Shown one piece after another: positions 1-9,753 of a stretch of DNA of 33,748 nt. The stretch comes from a virus (lineage: Duplodnaviria; Caudoviricetes), in the IMG/VR virus record IMGVR_UViG_3300027653_000374, positions 1-33,748 of that record. One strand, 5' to 3'. Both the position numbers and the translations under genes were made by a program. The notes beneath the pieces were generated by a model that was not told where the DNA came from, ran no database searches, and saw only the letters and a list, made by a program, of their open reading frames with translations. Numbering within the stretch: the stretch's first letter is position 1; each line of letters begins with the position of its first letter.

Positions 1-7
1 AATAACT

Positions 8-913
8 ATGGGTTACGACTCTCAATCAGGTACGAGAATTCTCTTTGAAGGATATGACCCTAAACATGAATATGCCTCTATAGAAAGAAATACTGGTGGT
101 AATTTAGTTATTCACAACACAGAAGGTCGTTTAGATTTAATTGGAGTGGGTCAAGGCGTTTCTGCTAACTCTTTAACAGTGGAAGAAAACATGTATGTTC
201 GTGGGGACGTACGTCTTAAAAATGGAGCAGTAATTCATGTGACGGGAAACGGAGATTATTCAGCTATATATGCAGATGGTGTTGGAGCTAGTGGAAACGG
301 AGGTATTATATACTTTTTTAGACCTAACACATCGCACTGGCTATCAGGTGCTGTTGTTCTTCACGGAGATGGAAAAAGGTTATTGATAGGTCAGAATGGA
401 AAAATACACATCACAGCAAAAGCGGAAGTTGATGACCATTTATATTTGAATAGTGGAGAAATAGTTTCAAACACTGGATGGTTACGATGTATGGAGGCTT
501 ATACTAGAACATATACGTCCGACTCCCAACATGCAAGGGTAACAAGTACAGGTATTATAGGAAGAATCACATCATCAAGACGTTATAAACTACTTGAAGA
601 AGAAGTAGATCTAAACTACGCAAAACGTATTTTACAGCTTAATCCAAAAACTTGGTACGATAAAAGAGCTGTTGAAGATTATGCGCACACTTTACACACT
701 GGAGAGGAAACTGAGTGTCAGCGTATAGAAAGAATAGGTGGAATCATTGCAGAAGATACCCATGAAGCAGGTCTAGGGCTGTTTGTGGAGTATGATGAGC
801 TTAATAGACCAGATTCGGTACATGACACTATTATTTATTTGTTAATACCACTTGTAAATGATTTATATAAGAGAATAGATAAATTGGAGGAGAAGCTAAA
901 TGGAAATGAATAA
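8..913 (+). CDS. Tail fibre/spike protein, C-terminal part with peptidase S74 intramolecular chaperone (probably starts upstream of the window)
   Basis: Gly-rich beta-strand repeats, then the S74 autocleavage signature TSSRRYK, GxIAED and a terminal coiled coil (LYKRIDKLEEKL); frame is open to the window edge. Confidence 0.85.
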   Translation: MGYDSQSGTRILFEGYDPKHEYASIERNTGGNLVIHNTEGRLDLIGVGQGVSANSLTVEENMYVRGDVRLKNGAVIHVTGNGDYSAIYADGVGASGNGGIIYFFRPNTSHWLSGAVVLHGDGKRLLIGQNGKIHITAKAEVDDHLYLNSGEIVSNTGWLRCMEAYTRTYTSDSQHARVTSTGIIGRITSSRRYKLLEEEVDLNYAKRILQLNPKTWYDKRAVEDYAHTLHTGEETECQRIERIGGIIAEDTHEAGLGLFVEYDELNRPDSVHDTIIYLLIPLVNDLYKRIDKLEEKLNGNE

Positions 914-1124
914 GGAACAGTTACAGTCAGAATTACAGAAAGCTAACCTAGTGATTCAAAAGCTACAACAGAAAGTTGGAAATCTAGTAGGTTCCATCTC
1001 TCTACTTGAAGTAGAGAATGAGGCATATCTAAACTACGCTATGAAACTAGAAAAAGAGGCAAAAGATTTAAAGAAAACTAATGATGACGATGAAGAAACA
1101 GTAAAACCAGAAATTTCAAGCTAA
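900..1124 (+). CDS. Small coiled-coil phage protein
   Basis: GGAGG RBS, overlaps the tail fibre stop, heptad pattern. Confidence 0.7.
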   Translation: MEMNKEQLQSELQKANLVIQKLQQKVGNLVGSISLLEVENEAYLNYAMKLEKEAKDLKKTNDDDEETVKPEISS

Positions 1125-1142
1125 TAGACTGGAGGGCTAAAA

Positions 1143-1367
1143 GTGGAACTAGTTGACGGAATCGCTAAGATAGGCTTCCCAGCAGCTGTTGCAGCGTTTT
1201 TAATATGGTGGACAACATATCAGCTTTCAGCAAAAATTAATATGTTATGTGAACAAATAAACAATAATACTAAAGCAGTTACAACACTAGCTATGGCTAT
1301 TATGAAAGAAAAGAATATTGAGCCGTCTGAGATTAAAGATATAATTGGGAGGAATAAAAATGTTTGA
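1143..1367 (+). CDS. YvrJ/BhlA-like small membrane protein (holin-like)
   Basis: GGAGG RBS; IGFPAAVAAFLIW transmembrane segment followed by a coiled coil; lies in the lysis cassette. Confidence 0.65.
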   Translation: MELVDGIAKIGFPAAVAAFLIWWTTYQLSAKINMLCEQINNNTKAVTTLAMAIMKEKNIEPSEIKDIIGRNKNV

Positions 1368-1620
1368 GCTATATGGTATCGGAGCAGTAGCCTTAATCGT
1401 GGCTCTGGTAGAAGTTTTTAAAAAGGTTGGGCTTCCAGTCAAGTACGCCCCACTCGTATCTTTAGCTGTTGGAGTTTGTTTAGGTATCGTTGCTTTCTCT
1501 TCTGAAAGCATTACTAAAGCTATTATTTTAGGTTTAGCGGCTGGTGCTTCTGCTGTAGGGGCATACAGCGGAACAAAAAACTTGTTTGAGAATAGAGCGG
1601 AGGTAAAAGATAATGGCTAA
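1360..1620 (+). CDS. Holin
   Basis: Three hydrophobic segments, VEVFKKVG and GAYSGTKN pattern; GGAGG RBS favours ATG 1360; just upstream of the endolysin. Confidence 0.8.
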   Translation: MFELYGIGAVALIVALVEVFKKVGLPVKYAPLVSLAVGVCLGIVAFSSESITKAIILGLAAGASAVGAYSGTKNLFENRAEVKDNG

Positions 1621-1729
1621 AACTGAGTGCGTTGTTTGTGAAAAAGAAATAGAAATATTAGAACATTTTAATGGCGAAATGATGTGTGAAGATTGTTATA
1701 ACGACCCAGAAAATGAGGTGTTTAACTAA
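1613..1729 (+). CDS. 38-aa zinc-finger mini-protein (not in the ORF track)
   Basis: MAKTECVVCEKEIEILEHFNGEMMCEDCYNDPENEVFN; GGAGG RBS; overlaps the holin stop and is coupled TAATG to the endolysin start. Confidence 0.7.
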   Translation: MAKTECVVCEKEIEILEHFNGEMMCEDCYNDPENEVFN

Positions 1730-2793
1730 TGATTAAAATTTACATTGACCCGGGACATGGTGGTAGAGATTCTGGAGCTTTGGGTAATGGTCTAAAGGAG
1801 AAAGATTTAACCCTTGATATCGCTAAGCGTATCGAGAAATACCTTAAAGAGAAATATACAGGATTCTCCTTAAAGTTCTCCAGAAAAACAGACAAATATT
1901 TGTCTTTAGCTCAACGATACAATGACGCTAATAAGTGGAACGCTGACTTATTTGTATCTATCCACATAAATGCGGGTGGCGGTACTGGTTTTGAGAGCTT
2001 TGCTTTTAATGGAAAAGTTCAAAGCAATACACTGACTAATCAATCAACTATTCATGACAGTGTTGTATCTGCAATTTCTTCTTATAAATTAAGAGACAGA
2101 GGTAAAAAACGTGCAAATTTTGCTGTACTTCGAGAGACCAAAATGGCTGCATTTCTATCTGAAAACTTATTTATTGATACAAAATCTGACGCCGATTTAT
2201 TAAAAACAACTAAATTTAAAAACGCAGTTGCTAAAGGACACGCAGAAGGAATAGCAAAAGCTATGAAACTAAAAACTAAAAGTAAGGAAACTACTTCTAC
2301 TACAAAACCTTCTAAACCAGCTAAGCCTAGCAAACCTGCTACTTCTTCCAGCAAGAAGAAATCTAGCAAATATACCGGGAATTCTATTGTTGATTATTTA
2401 AAGTCTATTGGAGTAGACTCAAGCCAAAAGAACAGGAAAAAGTTAGCTAAAAAATATGGTGTCAAAAACTATGATTTCTCAGCAAAAAAGAACTTAGAGC
2501 TTTTAGCTGTTATGAGAGACGGTAAGACCAAAACTAAATCTTTTCCATCTAGCAACAAAAAATCTTCGTATATTGGAAAACGAGTGGAGTCTATACATGT
2601 AGGTAAGCTACGTTTTTATAATAAACCTAGTTGGAAAGATAAAGATGTTGCAGGTCATATGGGTAAAGGTTACGGATTCCCCACAATATTAGATAAAGTA
2701 AAAGTCGAAAACGGATATCAATATAAAGTTAAAAACAGTCGTGGAAAAGTGTTTTATGTTACTGCAAGTTCTAAATATGTAAGAGTAGTTTAA
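1729..2793 (+). CDS. Endolysin, N-acetylmuramoyl-L-alanine amidase (Amidase_3) with C-terminal cell-wall binding modules
   Basis: IDPGHGG, EKDLTL, SIHINAGGGTGFE and catalytic E motifs; K/S/P-rich linker; SIVDYLK..DSS..NRKKLA (DUF3597-like) and an SH3-like C-terminus. Confidence 0.95.
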   Translation: MIKIYIDPGHGGRDSGALGNGLKEKDLTLDIAKRIEKYLKEKYTGFSLKFSRKTDKYLSLAQRYNDANKWNADLFVSIHINAGGGTGFESFAFNGKVQSNTLTNQSTIHDSVVSAISSYKLRDRGKKRANFAVLRETKMAAFLSENLFIDTKSDADLLKTTKFKNAVAKGHAEGIAKAMKLKTKSKETTSTTKPSKPAKPSKPATSSSKKKSSKYTGNSIVDYLKSIGVDSSQKNRKKLAKKYGVKNYDFSAKKNLELLAVMRDGKTKTKSFPSSNKKSSYIGKRVESIHVGKLRFYNKPSWKDKDVAGHMGKGYGFPTILDKVKVENGYQYKVKNSRGKVFYVTASSKYVRVV

Positions 2794-2819
2794 AATTTTC
2801 TAGGAGAGGAGGTATCTGT

Positions 2820-4208
2820 ATGCTTGGATTTATAACTAATCTTGTAAAAGATCTTGGAAGAAGGTCTGCTTCGTTAGCTTCAAATCGACAAAACAATACT
2901 AGTTCCAAAGCTAGGTACACAGGATATAGTACTATTGGAGGAAATCCAGCTAGGAGCTCCGCTCCAAGAGCTGTGTCCTCCTCTCCTTCCACTACTCCTT
3001 ATGTTAGGAATGTTGGAAGACCGAGTACTTTGCCTTCTGCGCCTACTATTACTGCGGCTCCACGAATGAAAAATCTTCCGAGTCGAATACCGGGAAAGCC
3101 AGAAACTGTCTCACTTGGAACCTCTCAAAGTGGGTCATCTCCAGTTTTTAGAGATATACCAACTTTTGGTGCAAGTTATTATATGCCTCAAGATACTCTT
3201 AGGTTGATGGATGAAATTTTAAGTAAACAACCTACCTACGATTCTTCCCAGTTACGGAAAAGAGCAGAGGCTCAGACTGACTTATTGACAAACCCTCAAA
3301 TAGAGACTTTACGAGAGCAAATTAATGCTTTAAAGGCTCTTATTCCAGAAACCAGAGAAGGTTTAGAAGAATCTTATACGGAGGCGCAAGATCAGTTAAG
3401 GGGAAGTCGTGATGAACTGTACAGAGCTTTACTTGAGGAAGCCGAGATAAGTGGAGGTATGAGGGCAGGAGTAGCTCATGCTCTTAACAGACAATTAAAC
3501 CAAGAAACATCTCCACTCAGAAAGGCTCTAGAAACTGACTACTTAAATACGAGAGACCAAGTAATGGGAGCTTTAGAGGACCAGAAACGTGAAGCACAAA
3601 ATCTACTTTCTTCTATTCAAAAGAACAGAAGAAATATGACTGAGGATAACTATAACGCTTTAAAAGACCAAGCAGTAGCACAGTTCAGAGAAGCACAAAA
3701 AGCTCAACAACAGTTCCTACAAAGCATAGTAGATATCGAAATGGGAGCTAGAACAAGTGCGGCAACTTTCCAACAAGAAGCAGCAGCAGCTGAAAATGAG
3801 TTTCAAGCCCAACAAGCCCAATTACTAAATCAGCTATATGAGCAAAGTTTACAGCAATACCAGCAAGAGCAATTCCAAAGAGATTTAGACAACTGGATAA
3901 ATATAGTAGCAGGTCCGGGAATAAAGACTAAGAATCAAGCGTTAGGTATGTTGAACAGACATCGAGATTCCATTATATCTACTGTCGGACAAGACGGGTA
4001 TGACGCTATTCAAAAGCATATTCAAGATTTACGTGGGGATTGGAGCAACCCTAATTATCAAATCCCAGAATCTGAACTACACAACTACGGATCATCTGCT
4101 TTAAATTCTGTGTCTAGGAGAACTCCTTTGACTACTGGTTATAGTACTATTGGAGGAAATCCAGCCAGAAACCCTAATTTAAGCCGTATTAGGGAAATAT
4201 TAAAATAA
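2820..4208 (+). CDS. Putative internal virion/ejection protein (disordered termini, Q/A/E-rich coiled-coil core)
   Basis: GGAGG RBS; helical Q-rich composition; TGYSTIGGNPAR occurs near both termini. Confidence 0.5.
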   Translation: MLGFITNLVKDLGRRSASLASNRQNNTSSKARYTGYSTIGGNPARSSAPRAVSSSPSTTPYVRNVGRPSTLPSAPTITAAPRMKNLPSRIPGKPETVSLGTSQSGSSPVFRDIPTFGASYYMPQDTLRLMDEILSKQPTYDSSQLRKRAEAQTDLLTNPQIETLREQINALKALIPETREGLEESYTEAQDQLRGSRDELYRALLEEAEISGGMRAGVAHALNRQLNQETSPLRKALETDYLNTRDQVMGALEDQKREAQNLLSSIQKNRRNMTEDNYNALKDQAVAQFREAQKAQQQFLQSIVDIEMGARTSAATFQQEAAAAENEFQAQQAQLLNQLYEQSLQQYQQEQFQRDLDNWINIVAGPGIKTKNQALGMLNRHRDSIISTVGQDGYDAIQKHIQDLRGDWSNPNYQIPESELHNYGSSALNSVSRRTPLTTGYSTIGGNPARNPNLSRIREILK

Positions 4209-4219
4209 GGAGTGTTAAA

Positions 4220-4693
4220 ATGATCTCCCCTTCTCCAATTATTGAACAGTTACTGCTTCACGCAAGATTTAGAAATAATTTACATGATTTATCAAATGAA
4301 TATAATTCATTGTCAAAGCCTGAATGGTATAATCAGTACCCGAACTTTTCCGAAAGGGAGAACGATTTATGGCAAAATATGCTACTAAATACTTCAATAA
4401 ATAGTCCACAAGATGTGCCAAATCTTATCAATTACTATTATCAGAGCGGTATAAGCCCTATTAGAAATACAAACTATGATGGGGACGGTAATGCTATAGT
4501 GAGCAGAAATATCCGTGATATCTCAGCTATGCGAGGCAATGAACGAGCATGGCAACAACATCAATACGATAGTATGACGCCTCTTTTACAGCAGATGGAG
4601 CTATCCGATAATCAAGTATGGGTTCAGCCTTTACATCAAAATCCCGGACGTACTAACATGTTCGCAAATCATTTCTTACAGCAATTAAGATAG
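4220..4693 (+). CDS. Hypothetical N/Q-rich protein, possibly virion-internal
   Basis: AAGGAG RBS, same operon. Confidence 0.55.
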   Translation: MISPSPIIEQLLLHARFRNNLHDLSNEYNSLSKPEWYNQYPNFSERENDLWQNMLLNTSINSPQDVPNLINYYYQSGISPIRNTNYDGDGNAIVSRNIRDISAMRGNERAWQQHQYDSMTPLLQQMELSDNQVWVQPLHQNPGRTNMFANHFLQQLR

Positions 4694-4696
4694 GAG

Positions 4697-5788
4697 GTGT
4701 TTTCGTTGCCAAGCTACAAAGATTTAATGCCAAGCCTAAACCCTCTTCAGAACACTATACGTAAGATGACTGATTTCACTCTTCCAAACGGAGACTTGAA
4801 TAGTTATTTTAAGAGAGCTGGAAGAGAGGCGGCTAATCAAACTGCTGTACAACGTAAAACTTTACAAGATTTAGCCACTTCTTTGGCAAATCAGAGAAAA
4901 GTCTCATTAAACAACTTACAAAGAAATAGAAGCCTACTTCCTGACCAGTTCTCTCAACAATTACAAGAAGTTAGGAATAATATTCCTTTGCAAGAACAGG
5001 CTAGAGGGGTAGCTCAGTCTGGTCTAGGTTTACGTAACTTCCTTCTAGCGGGTATATCTCCTTTGGCGCAACAAGCTAACTCCCTTCAACGTTCTATAGG
5101 ACAGCATGGGCAGATTGAAAATGAGTACTTAAACAGCTTGTTATCAAATGTATTCCATCCTCAGAGAACGTTAGCACTTCAACAAGGTGAGGACGCTTCT
5201 AAAAGATACCAAACACTTGTTCAACAAGCGCAACAGTCTTTATTCAATGGAAGGATTTCTGAAGCAGAAAATTTACTTATGAGAGCTCAACTAGAGTACA
5301 ATTCATTAATTAAAGCACAAGAAGAGTCAGCATTAAGACAGCAAATGCAGTATCAAAGACAATTAAACGACCTCCAGCAGAGTGGAGTAAGTGGAGGTGG
5401 AGGAGGAAACTTCTCTAAATACCGTATTACTTCAAACTATGGAGGACGTAAAGATCCAATAACAGGTAAACAATCCAGCCACAGTGGAGTTGATTTTGCT
5501 ACACCAATGAATACTCCTATTAGCGCTACTACTGGAGGTACGGTAATCCGTTCTGGGTCATCTGGTAGTGGTTATGGCAACTATGTAGTTGTTAAAGATG
5601 ACAACAATTTTGTACACATTTATGCTCACTTGAATAGTACGGCAGTTAGACCGGGAACACGTATTAATGCAGGGCAGATAATCGGTAGATCTGGAAATAC
5701 AGGACGTACAACGGGACCTCACTTACACTATGAAGTTAGAAGAGGGTCTATGGGTGGGTCAACTGTAAATCCAATGGGATTCGTTTAA
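4697..5788 (+). CDS. Coiled-coil protein with C-terminal M23 metallopeptidase (virion-associated peptidoglycan hydrolase)
   Basis: ITSNYG.R.DP, HSGVDF, YGNYV, YAHL, STG-like TTGPHLHYEV motifs after a poly-Gly linker. Confidence 0.9.
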   Translation: MFSLPSYKDLMPSLNPLQNTIRKMTDFTLPNGDLNSYFKRAGREAANQTAVQRKTLQDLATSLANQRKVSLNNLQRNRSLLPDQFSQQLQEVRNNIPLQEQARGVAQSGLGLRNFLLAGISPLAQQANSLQRSIGQHGQIENEYLNSLLSNVFHPQRTLALQQGEDASKRYQTLVQQAQQSLFNGRISEAENLLMRAQLEYNSLIKAQEESALRQQMQYQRQLNDLQQSGVSGGGGGNFSKYRITSNYGGRKDPITGKQSSHSGVDFATPMNTPISATTGGTVIRSGSSGSGYGNYVVVKDDNNFVHIYAHLNSTAVRPGTRINAGQIIGRSGNTGRTTGPHLHYEVRRGSMGGSTVNPMGFV

Positions 5789-5807
5789 TATTTAGGAGGG
5801 GAGCTTT

Positions 5808-8800
5808 ATGGTAAGATTAATACAACCTAATTTGTCTAATGTACGTAGGCTTGTTTCATCTATGAGAGCCCCTACTCCTAGGGTACGAAGAGTTGGGACT
5901 AGTCCAGCTACGTATTCTAAAAAAGATATCGGAGAGTTGGTTGGAGAATTATTTGAGGAGAAAGGTTTAACCTCTCCAGAAGCTTTTGTTCCTAAAGAAC
6001 AAGAAATGTCTCAACATCAACAACGTTTAGAAACGTTGCAACAAAGATTAGAAGCCTCAGGAATAGGCGTTCCAGATTCGGTACACCAAGGTAGACGAGG
6101 TTTTGGTGGTGCTTTATTAAATGCGTTAGGAGCAACAGGTGGAGCAGTAACAACCCTTATTCACGATTTAGTAGATGGCGGCGGGGTAACTCCTTTTAAA
6201 TCTCTTGCAGATGGTTTTACAGGAAGAGATCGTAAAATAGGCTCTGATATTCTGGATGAATTAGGCGTTAAAAATAGAGTTGGAAAAGCTCTTGGCGGCT
6301 TTGCCCTAGACGTAGCTCTTGACCCTCTTTCTTATGTAGGAATAGGAGTTGCTAGGAATGTTGGTACTGCGGCTACAAGAGGGTTAGCAAGACAAGCCTT
6401 AGGTAAATCTGGAGAAAAATTATCTAGAAAAGAATTAGATAAAATTATTGAAACAGCAGTAGGACCTTCCTCCAGAAAAAGTTTTACTACATCGGATACA
6501 AGAGTTCGTGATGTGGCACAGGCGTTTGGTAGACCTGTCGAAACTATAAAAGTAGGAGATAAAGCAACCAACGCATACCGTATAGCGGATGTCGCTCCAA
6601 ACTTACCAAGACAATTTAGCTTAGAAGTTGGTTTACCTTTCACTGGAGTAAGGGGTAATATTGCAAACTTAAATCCATTTACTAACGCTATTTCTAGAAC
6701 TCTGTCTAGGGTTCCTACTTCAAGAGTACCGGGACTAAGTCATTTAGGTAAGGCAGCTAAATCTGCAAGTGATTTTACAAAAATCGCTTTTCAAACTTTT
6801 GGAAAACTACCGGAGAATGTAGCTAACCTAGTTAGACAACGTTCCATGAATATAAATTTCGAGTCCAAAAAAGCGATCCAAACAGGGATGAGAGTATCTG
6901 ACCTACTAGGTAAAACTTTTAAAGGTAATGAAGCTCTGCAAAGAGATTTTGCATATAGGCTTGAAAATCATATGAGTATGAAAGCCTTTATGGGTTCTTT
7001 AGATAAAAATATTCGAGACGATGTTAGAAAAGCTTACGAAATCGCTAGAAAAGAGTTAAAGAAAATCGCTGAAAATGAGGTTAAACACGGTATCTTGTCT
7101 CAAGACCGTGTTAGAGATTTCTATTTTCCACACCTGCTAACTGGGGATAGACAAGCTCTTGAACTAGCTAGGAGACAGTTACAAGGTGTTGAGGGCTCAA
7201 GGCTAAGAACCACTGGAACATACCAGCAAGAACGTACAATGGACTCTTTAGTCGAATTAGAAAATTTCGTTAAAAGATTTAACGAAGCTAACCCAAACTT
7301 GGGAGACATTGCAGTAGACTTTAACATTGGTAAAGTACTTGCTACTCGTAAAATTGCTTCGGAAACTCTGATTCAAAATAAAAAGTTGTTAGAAAACCTT
7401 ACGAACATGGGACCAAATATTGTACGTAAACTGAAATCTGCAACTGATATACCCCCAGCGGGATTTGCCACCATAAGAGGAGTTGGTAAAGAACTAGATA
7501 ACTACGCATTTGCTGATGAAGTAGCTAAATTTATAGTAGAGTGGAACAAAATATCCGTTCCGGGAGAAGAGCTTAACGCTTTTGTAAGAACTTATGACGC
7601 TTTTCTTAATACTTTTAAAACTCTAGCTACTGCAACACCGGGATTCCATATACGAAACCTTTTAGGTTCAGTATGGAATAACTGGATAATGGGTGTTAGA
7701 AACCCACTTGATTATACAAGAGCAGGAGAGCTAATTATCCGTGGGGGAATACGTAGGCTGGAGCCTAATATGGGGGTATTGAGGAACACTACAATTTCTC
7801 TTCCAAATGGTGGAACAATGGATGGTGTAGAGATTTTAAATCACGCTCAAAGATACGATATTTTAAACGCTGGTTGGATGGGAGACTTACGTTCAAAGAC
7901 TCTGGAAGAGATAGGGAAGCAGTCAATGCGTAGAAAAGCTCTTAGACTGGGTCATGTAAGAGAGTTCGGTGAGACTACTGAGGACATTGCACGACTAGCA
8001 GGGTTTATGAATCAACTACAGAAACATGGAGACCCTTATGCAGCTGCACTAAATGTAAAGAAACATTTATTCGACTACTCTGAATTATCAAACATTGAAA
8101 AGACGTGGTTTAGACGAATTATTCCTTTCTATACTTGGAGTAGAAAAAACATTCCTTTACAACTAGAAGCTTTAATTACTCGCCCGGGGATGTTCACTGG
8201 ACTAGCACATGCTCAGGAGGAGGGGGCTCGGTATTCAGGTATTGATATAGAAGAAATGCCTGAATGGATTGCAAATTCCGCTATGGTTCCTTTTGGAGAG
8301 AATAGGGAAGGCTATGTGAACTACCTTAACCAATACGCTTTACCTGCTAACGATCTATTTGAGATTTTAAGGGCAACTAATAGAGGTCCTCAAGGAGTAT
8401 TCAGATATGTTGGTCAGCAAACTGCTCCTTTCGTAAAAGGTATTCCAGAGTTAGCTATGAACAGACAGATATTTTCTGAGAGACCGATTGATGAGTTAGC
8501 TGAAATGTCCGGTGAAGGCATAGGTAGAAGGGATATACTAAATTATTTATTCCAGCAATCTGGACTACCATATAATGTATACAGATCTGCAACTGGAGAA
8601 ACTGAATTGCTCAGATATCCAACACAAGAACCTCGTCCAGATGACGCATTTACAGCTAGAAACTTGCCTCCATTTAGAGGCGCAGGTATGTTAGGAATGT
8701 TAGGAGAATATAACCCAGAATTCTGGTTAGAAGAGTCACATCCATACAGATACGGACAGCAGTTACAAGCAGAAACAAGGCGACAGACTAGAGAAGGTCA

Positions 8801-8948
8801 AGATATTTACACGAAACAAGAAATTGACCAAGCAGAAGCTATCGGAATTTCTGTTGAACAGGTCAGAATCATCAGAAATCTGCTCGATGACCTTGGAGAA
8901 AGGAAAACTAGAGAAAATATCGAGCGATATTACTATAATTACCAGTAA
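5808..8948 (+). CDS. Large putative DNA-ejection/internal virion protein
   Basis: 1046 aa; DVALDPLSY, TPGFHIRN and LFDYSELS..EK..RRIIPFYTW motifs resemble large podovirus-type internal virion proteins. Confidence 0.6.
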   Translation: MVRLIQPNLSNVRRLVSSMRAPTPRVRRVGTSPATYSKKDIGELVGELFEEKGLTSPEAFVPKEQEMSQHQQRLETLQQRLEASGIGVPDSVHQGRRGFGGALLNALGATGGAVTTLIHDLVDGGGVTPFKSLADGFTGRDRKIGSDILDELGVKNRVGKALGGFALDVALDPLSYVGIGVARNVGTAATRGLARQALGKSGEKLSRKELDKIIETAVGPSSRKSFTTSDTRVRDVAQAFGRPVETIKVGDKATNAYRIADVAPNLPRQFSLEVGLPFTGVRGNIANLNPFTNAISRTLSRVPTSRVPGLSHLGKAAKSASDFTKIAFQTFGKLPENVANLVRQRSMNINFESKKAIQTGMRVSDLLGKTFKGNEALQRDFAYRLENHMSMKAFMGSLDKNIRDDVRKAYEIARKELKKIAENEVKHGILSQDRVRDFYFPHLLTGDRQALELARRQLQGVEGSRLRTTGTYQQERTMDSLVELENFVKRFNEANPNLGDIAVDFNIGKVLATRKIASETLIQNKKLLENLTNMGPNIVRKLKSATDIPPAGFATIRGVGKELDNYAFADEVAKFIVEWNKISVPGEELNAFVRTYDAFLNTFKTLATATPGFHIRNLLGSVWNNWIMGVRNPLDYTRAGELIIRGGIRRLEPNMGVLRNTTISLPNGGTMDGVEILNHAQRYDILNAGWMGDLRSKTLEEIGKQSMRRKALRLGHVREFGETTEDIARLAGFMNQLQKHGDPYAAALNVKKHLFDYSELSNIEKTWFRRIIPFYTWSRKNIPLQLEALITRPGMFTGLAHAQEEGARYSGIDIEEMPEWIANSAMVPFGENREGYVNYLNQYALPANDLFEILRATNRGPQGVFRYVGQQTAPFVKGIPELAMNRQIFSERPIDELAEMSGEGIGRRDILNYLFQQSGLPYNVYRSATGETELLRYPTQEPRPDDAFTARNLPPFRGAGMLGMLGEYNPEFWLEESHPYRYGQQLQAETRRQTREGQDIYTKQEIDQAEAIGISVEQVRIIRNLLDDLGERKTRENIERYYYNYQ

Positions 8949-8952
8949 ATGT

Positions 8953-8994
8953 AAAAACAGACCTCAAAATCCTTCGATTAAGAGGTCTGTTTTT
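8953..8994. terminator. Bidirectional rho-independent terminator
   Basis: AAAAACAGACCTC...GAGGTCTGTTTTT inverted repeat between convergent gene blocks. Confidence 0.85.
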
Positions 8995-9019
8995 CGTTAT
9001 GAATAGTATTAGTCTCGCA

Positions 9020-9292
9020 TTAGCTGTTCTTCCTCTTGAGCTTAATTATACCCTTTTCTTCATTTATGCTAGAAATCTTCCATGTTTTAGGACTAAAATA
9101 GACAGTTTGCTCTGTGGGATAAACTAGACCGTTATCTACTAGCATTTTATCTCTTATAGACTCAGTAGTAATAGTTCCAACGGTTATTTTGTCAGCTTTA
9201 AGGTCTGATAATAAAGATTCCTTATTCAATCTACTTTGTCTCCTTCTGTTTAATTGGAAGTGGAAAATCTCCCCGATGTACCATAAGACCAA
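9020..9292 (-). CDS. Hypothetical protein (true start probably downstream, near 9230)
   Basis: ORF at the end of the minus-strand operon. Confidence 0.5.
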   Translation of the reverse strand: MVLWYIGEIFHFQLNRRRQSRLNKESLLSDLKADKITVGTITTESIRDKMLVDNGLVYPTEQTVYFSPKTWKISSINEEKGIIKLKRKNS

Positions 9293-9554
9293 GTATAGCG
9301 TACCCAGCTATATCTCGTAAGGTATCTTCAAGGGACTCATCAACTTCTGGATCTTTCTTTAGTTCAGATAAATTAATAAGCCTTTCCACTTTATCATTGA
9401 TACGAATGATAATTCCATCTAATCCAAAACGACTTATTGCGTTTGGTCCATAATCAATTTGTTTACGAATCAACGTATCTCCTAGTTCAGTAATTTCGTC
9501 CATAACAACATCTTGAAAAAACAACTCATTCTTCCTTCTTCTTCGGTTTCTCAT
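9231..9554 (-). CDS. DUF1599 / nucleotide-modification-associated domain 1 (MazG-like fold)
   Basis: KQIDYG...IRINDKVERL...ESLEDTLRDIAGYAIL pattern. Confidence 0.75.
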   Translation of the reverse strand: MRNRRRRKNELFFQDVVMDEITELGDTLIRKQIDYGPNAISRFGLDGIIIRINDKVERLINLSELKKDPEVDESLEDTLRDIAGYAILGLMVHRGDFPLPIKQKETK

Positions 9555-9753
9555 CTAATTTTTCCTCCTCATTATTTTTAGAAGCCAATAGCTCCATTTT
9601 TGCAAACTCCAAAAGCCCAACTGCTTCCGCTAATGTAGCTTCACCTACTACATTAACTTGAAACTTCTGGGTTGCATGGTTCCAAGTAACAACCAAATGA
9701 TTATCTTTGTCTCCAGTTCTTTGAGTTACTGGAGTAGTATTTCTTTGTTCCAT
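9526..9753 (-). CDS. Hypothetical protein
   Basis: GGAGG RBS, overlaps neighbouring genes. Confidence 0.6.
   Translation of the reverse strand: MEQRNTTPVTQRTGDKDNHLVVTWNHATQKFQVNVVGEATLAEAVGLLEFAKMELLASKNNEEEKLDEKPKKKEE

Noticed and set aside
2281-2370. KPSKPAKPSKPA repeat in the endolysin
   Set aside because: Ordinary low-complexity interdomain linker
1287-9006. Alternative ORFs 1287-1511, 2082-2369, 2771-2992, 6332-6643, 7121-7327 (minus) and 8824-9006 (plus)
   Set aside because: Shadow frames of well-supported genes, with no motifs or convincing RBS
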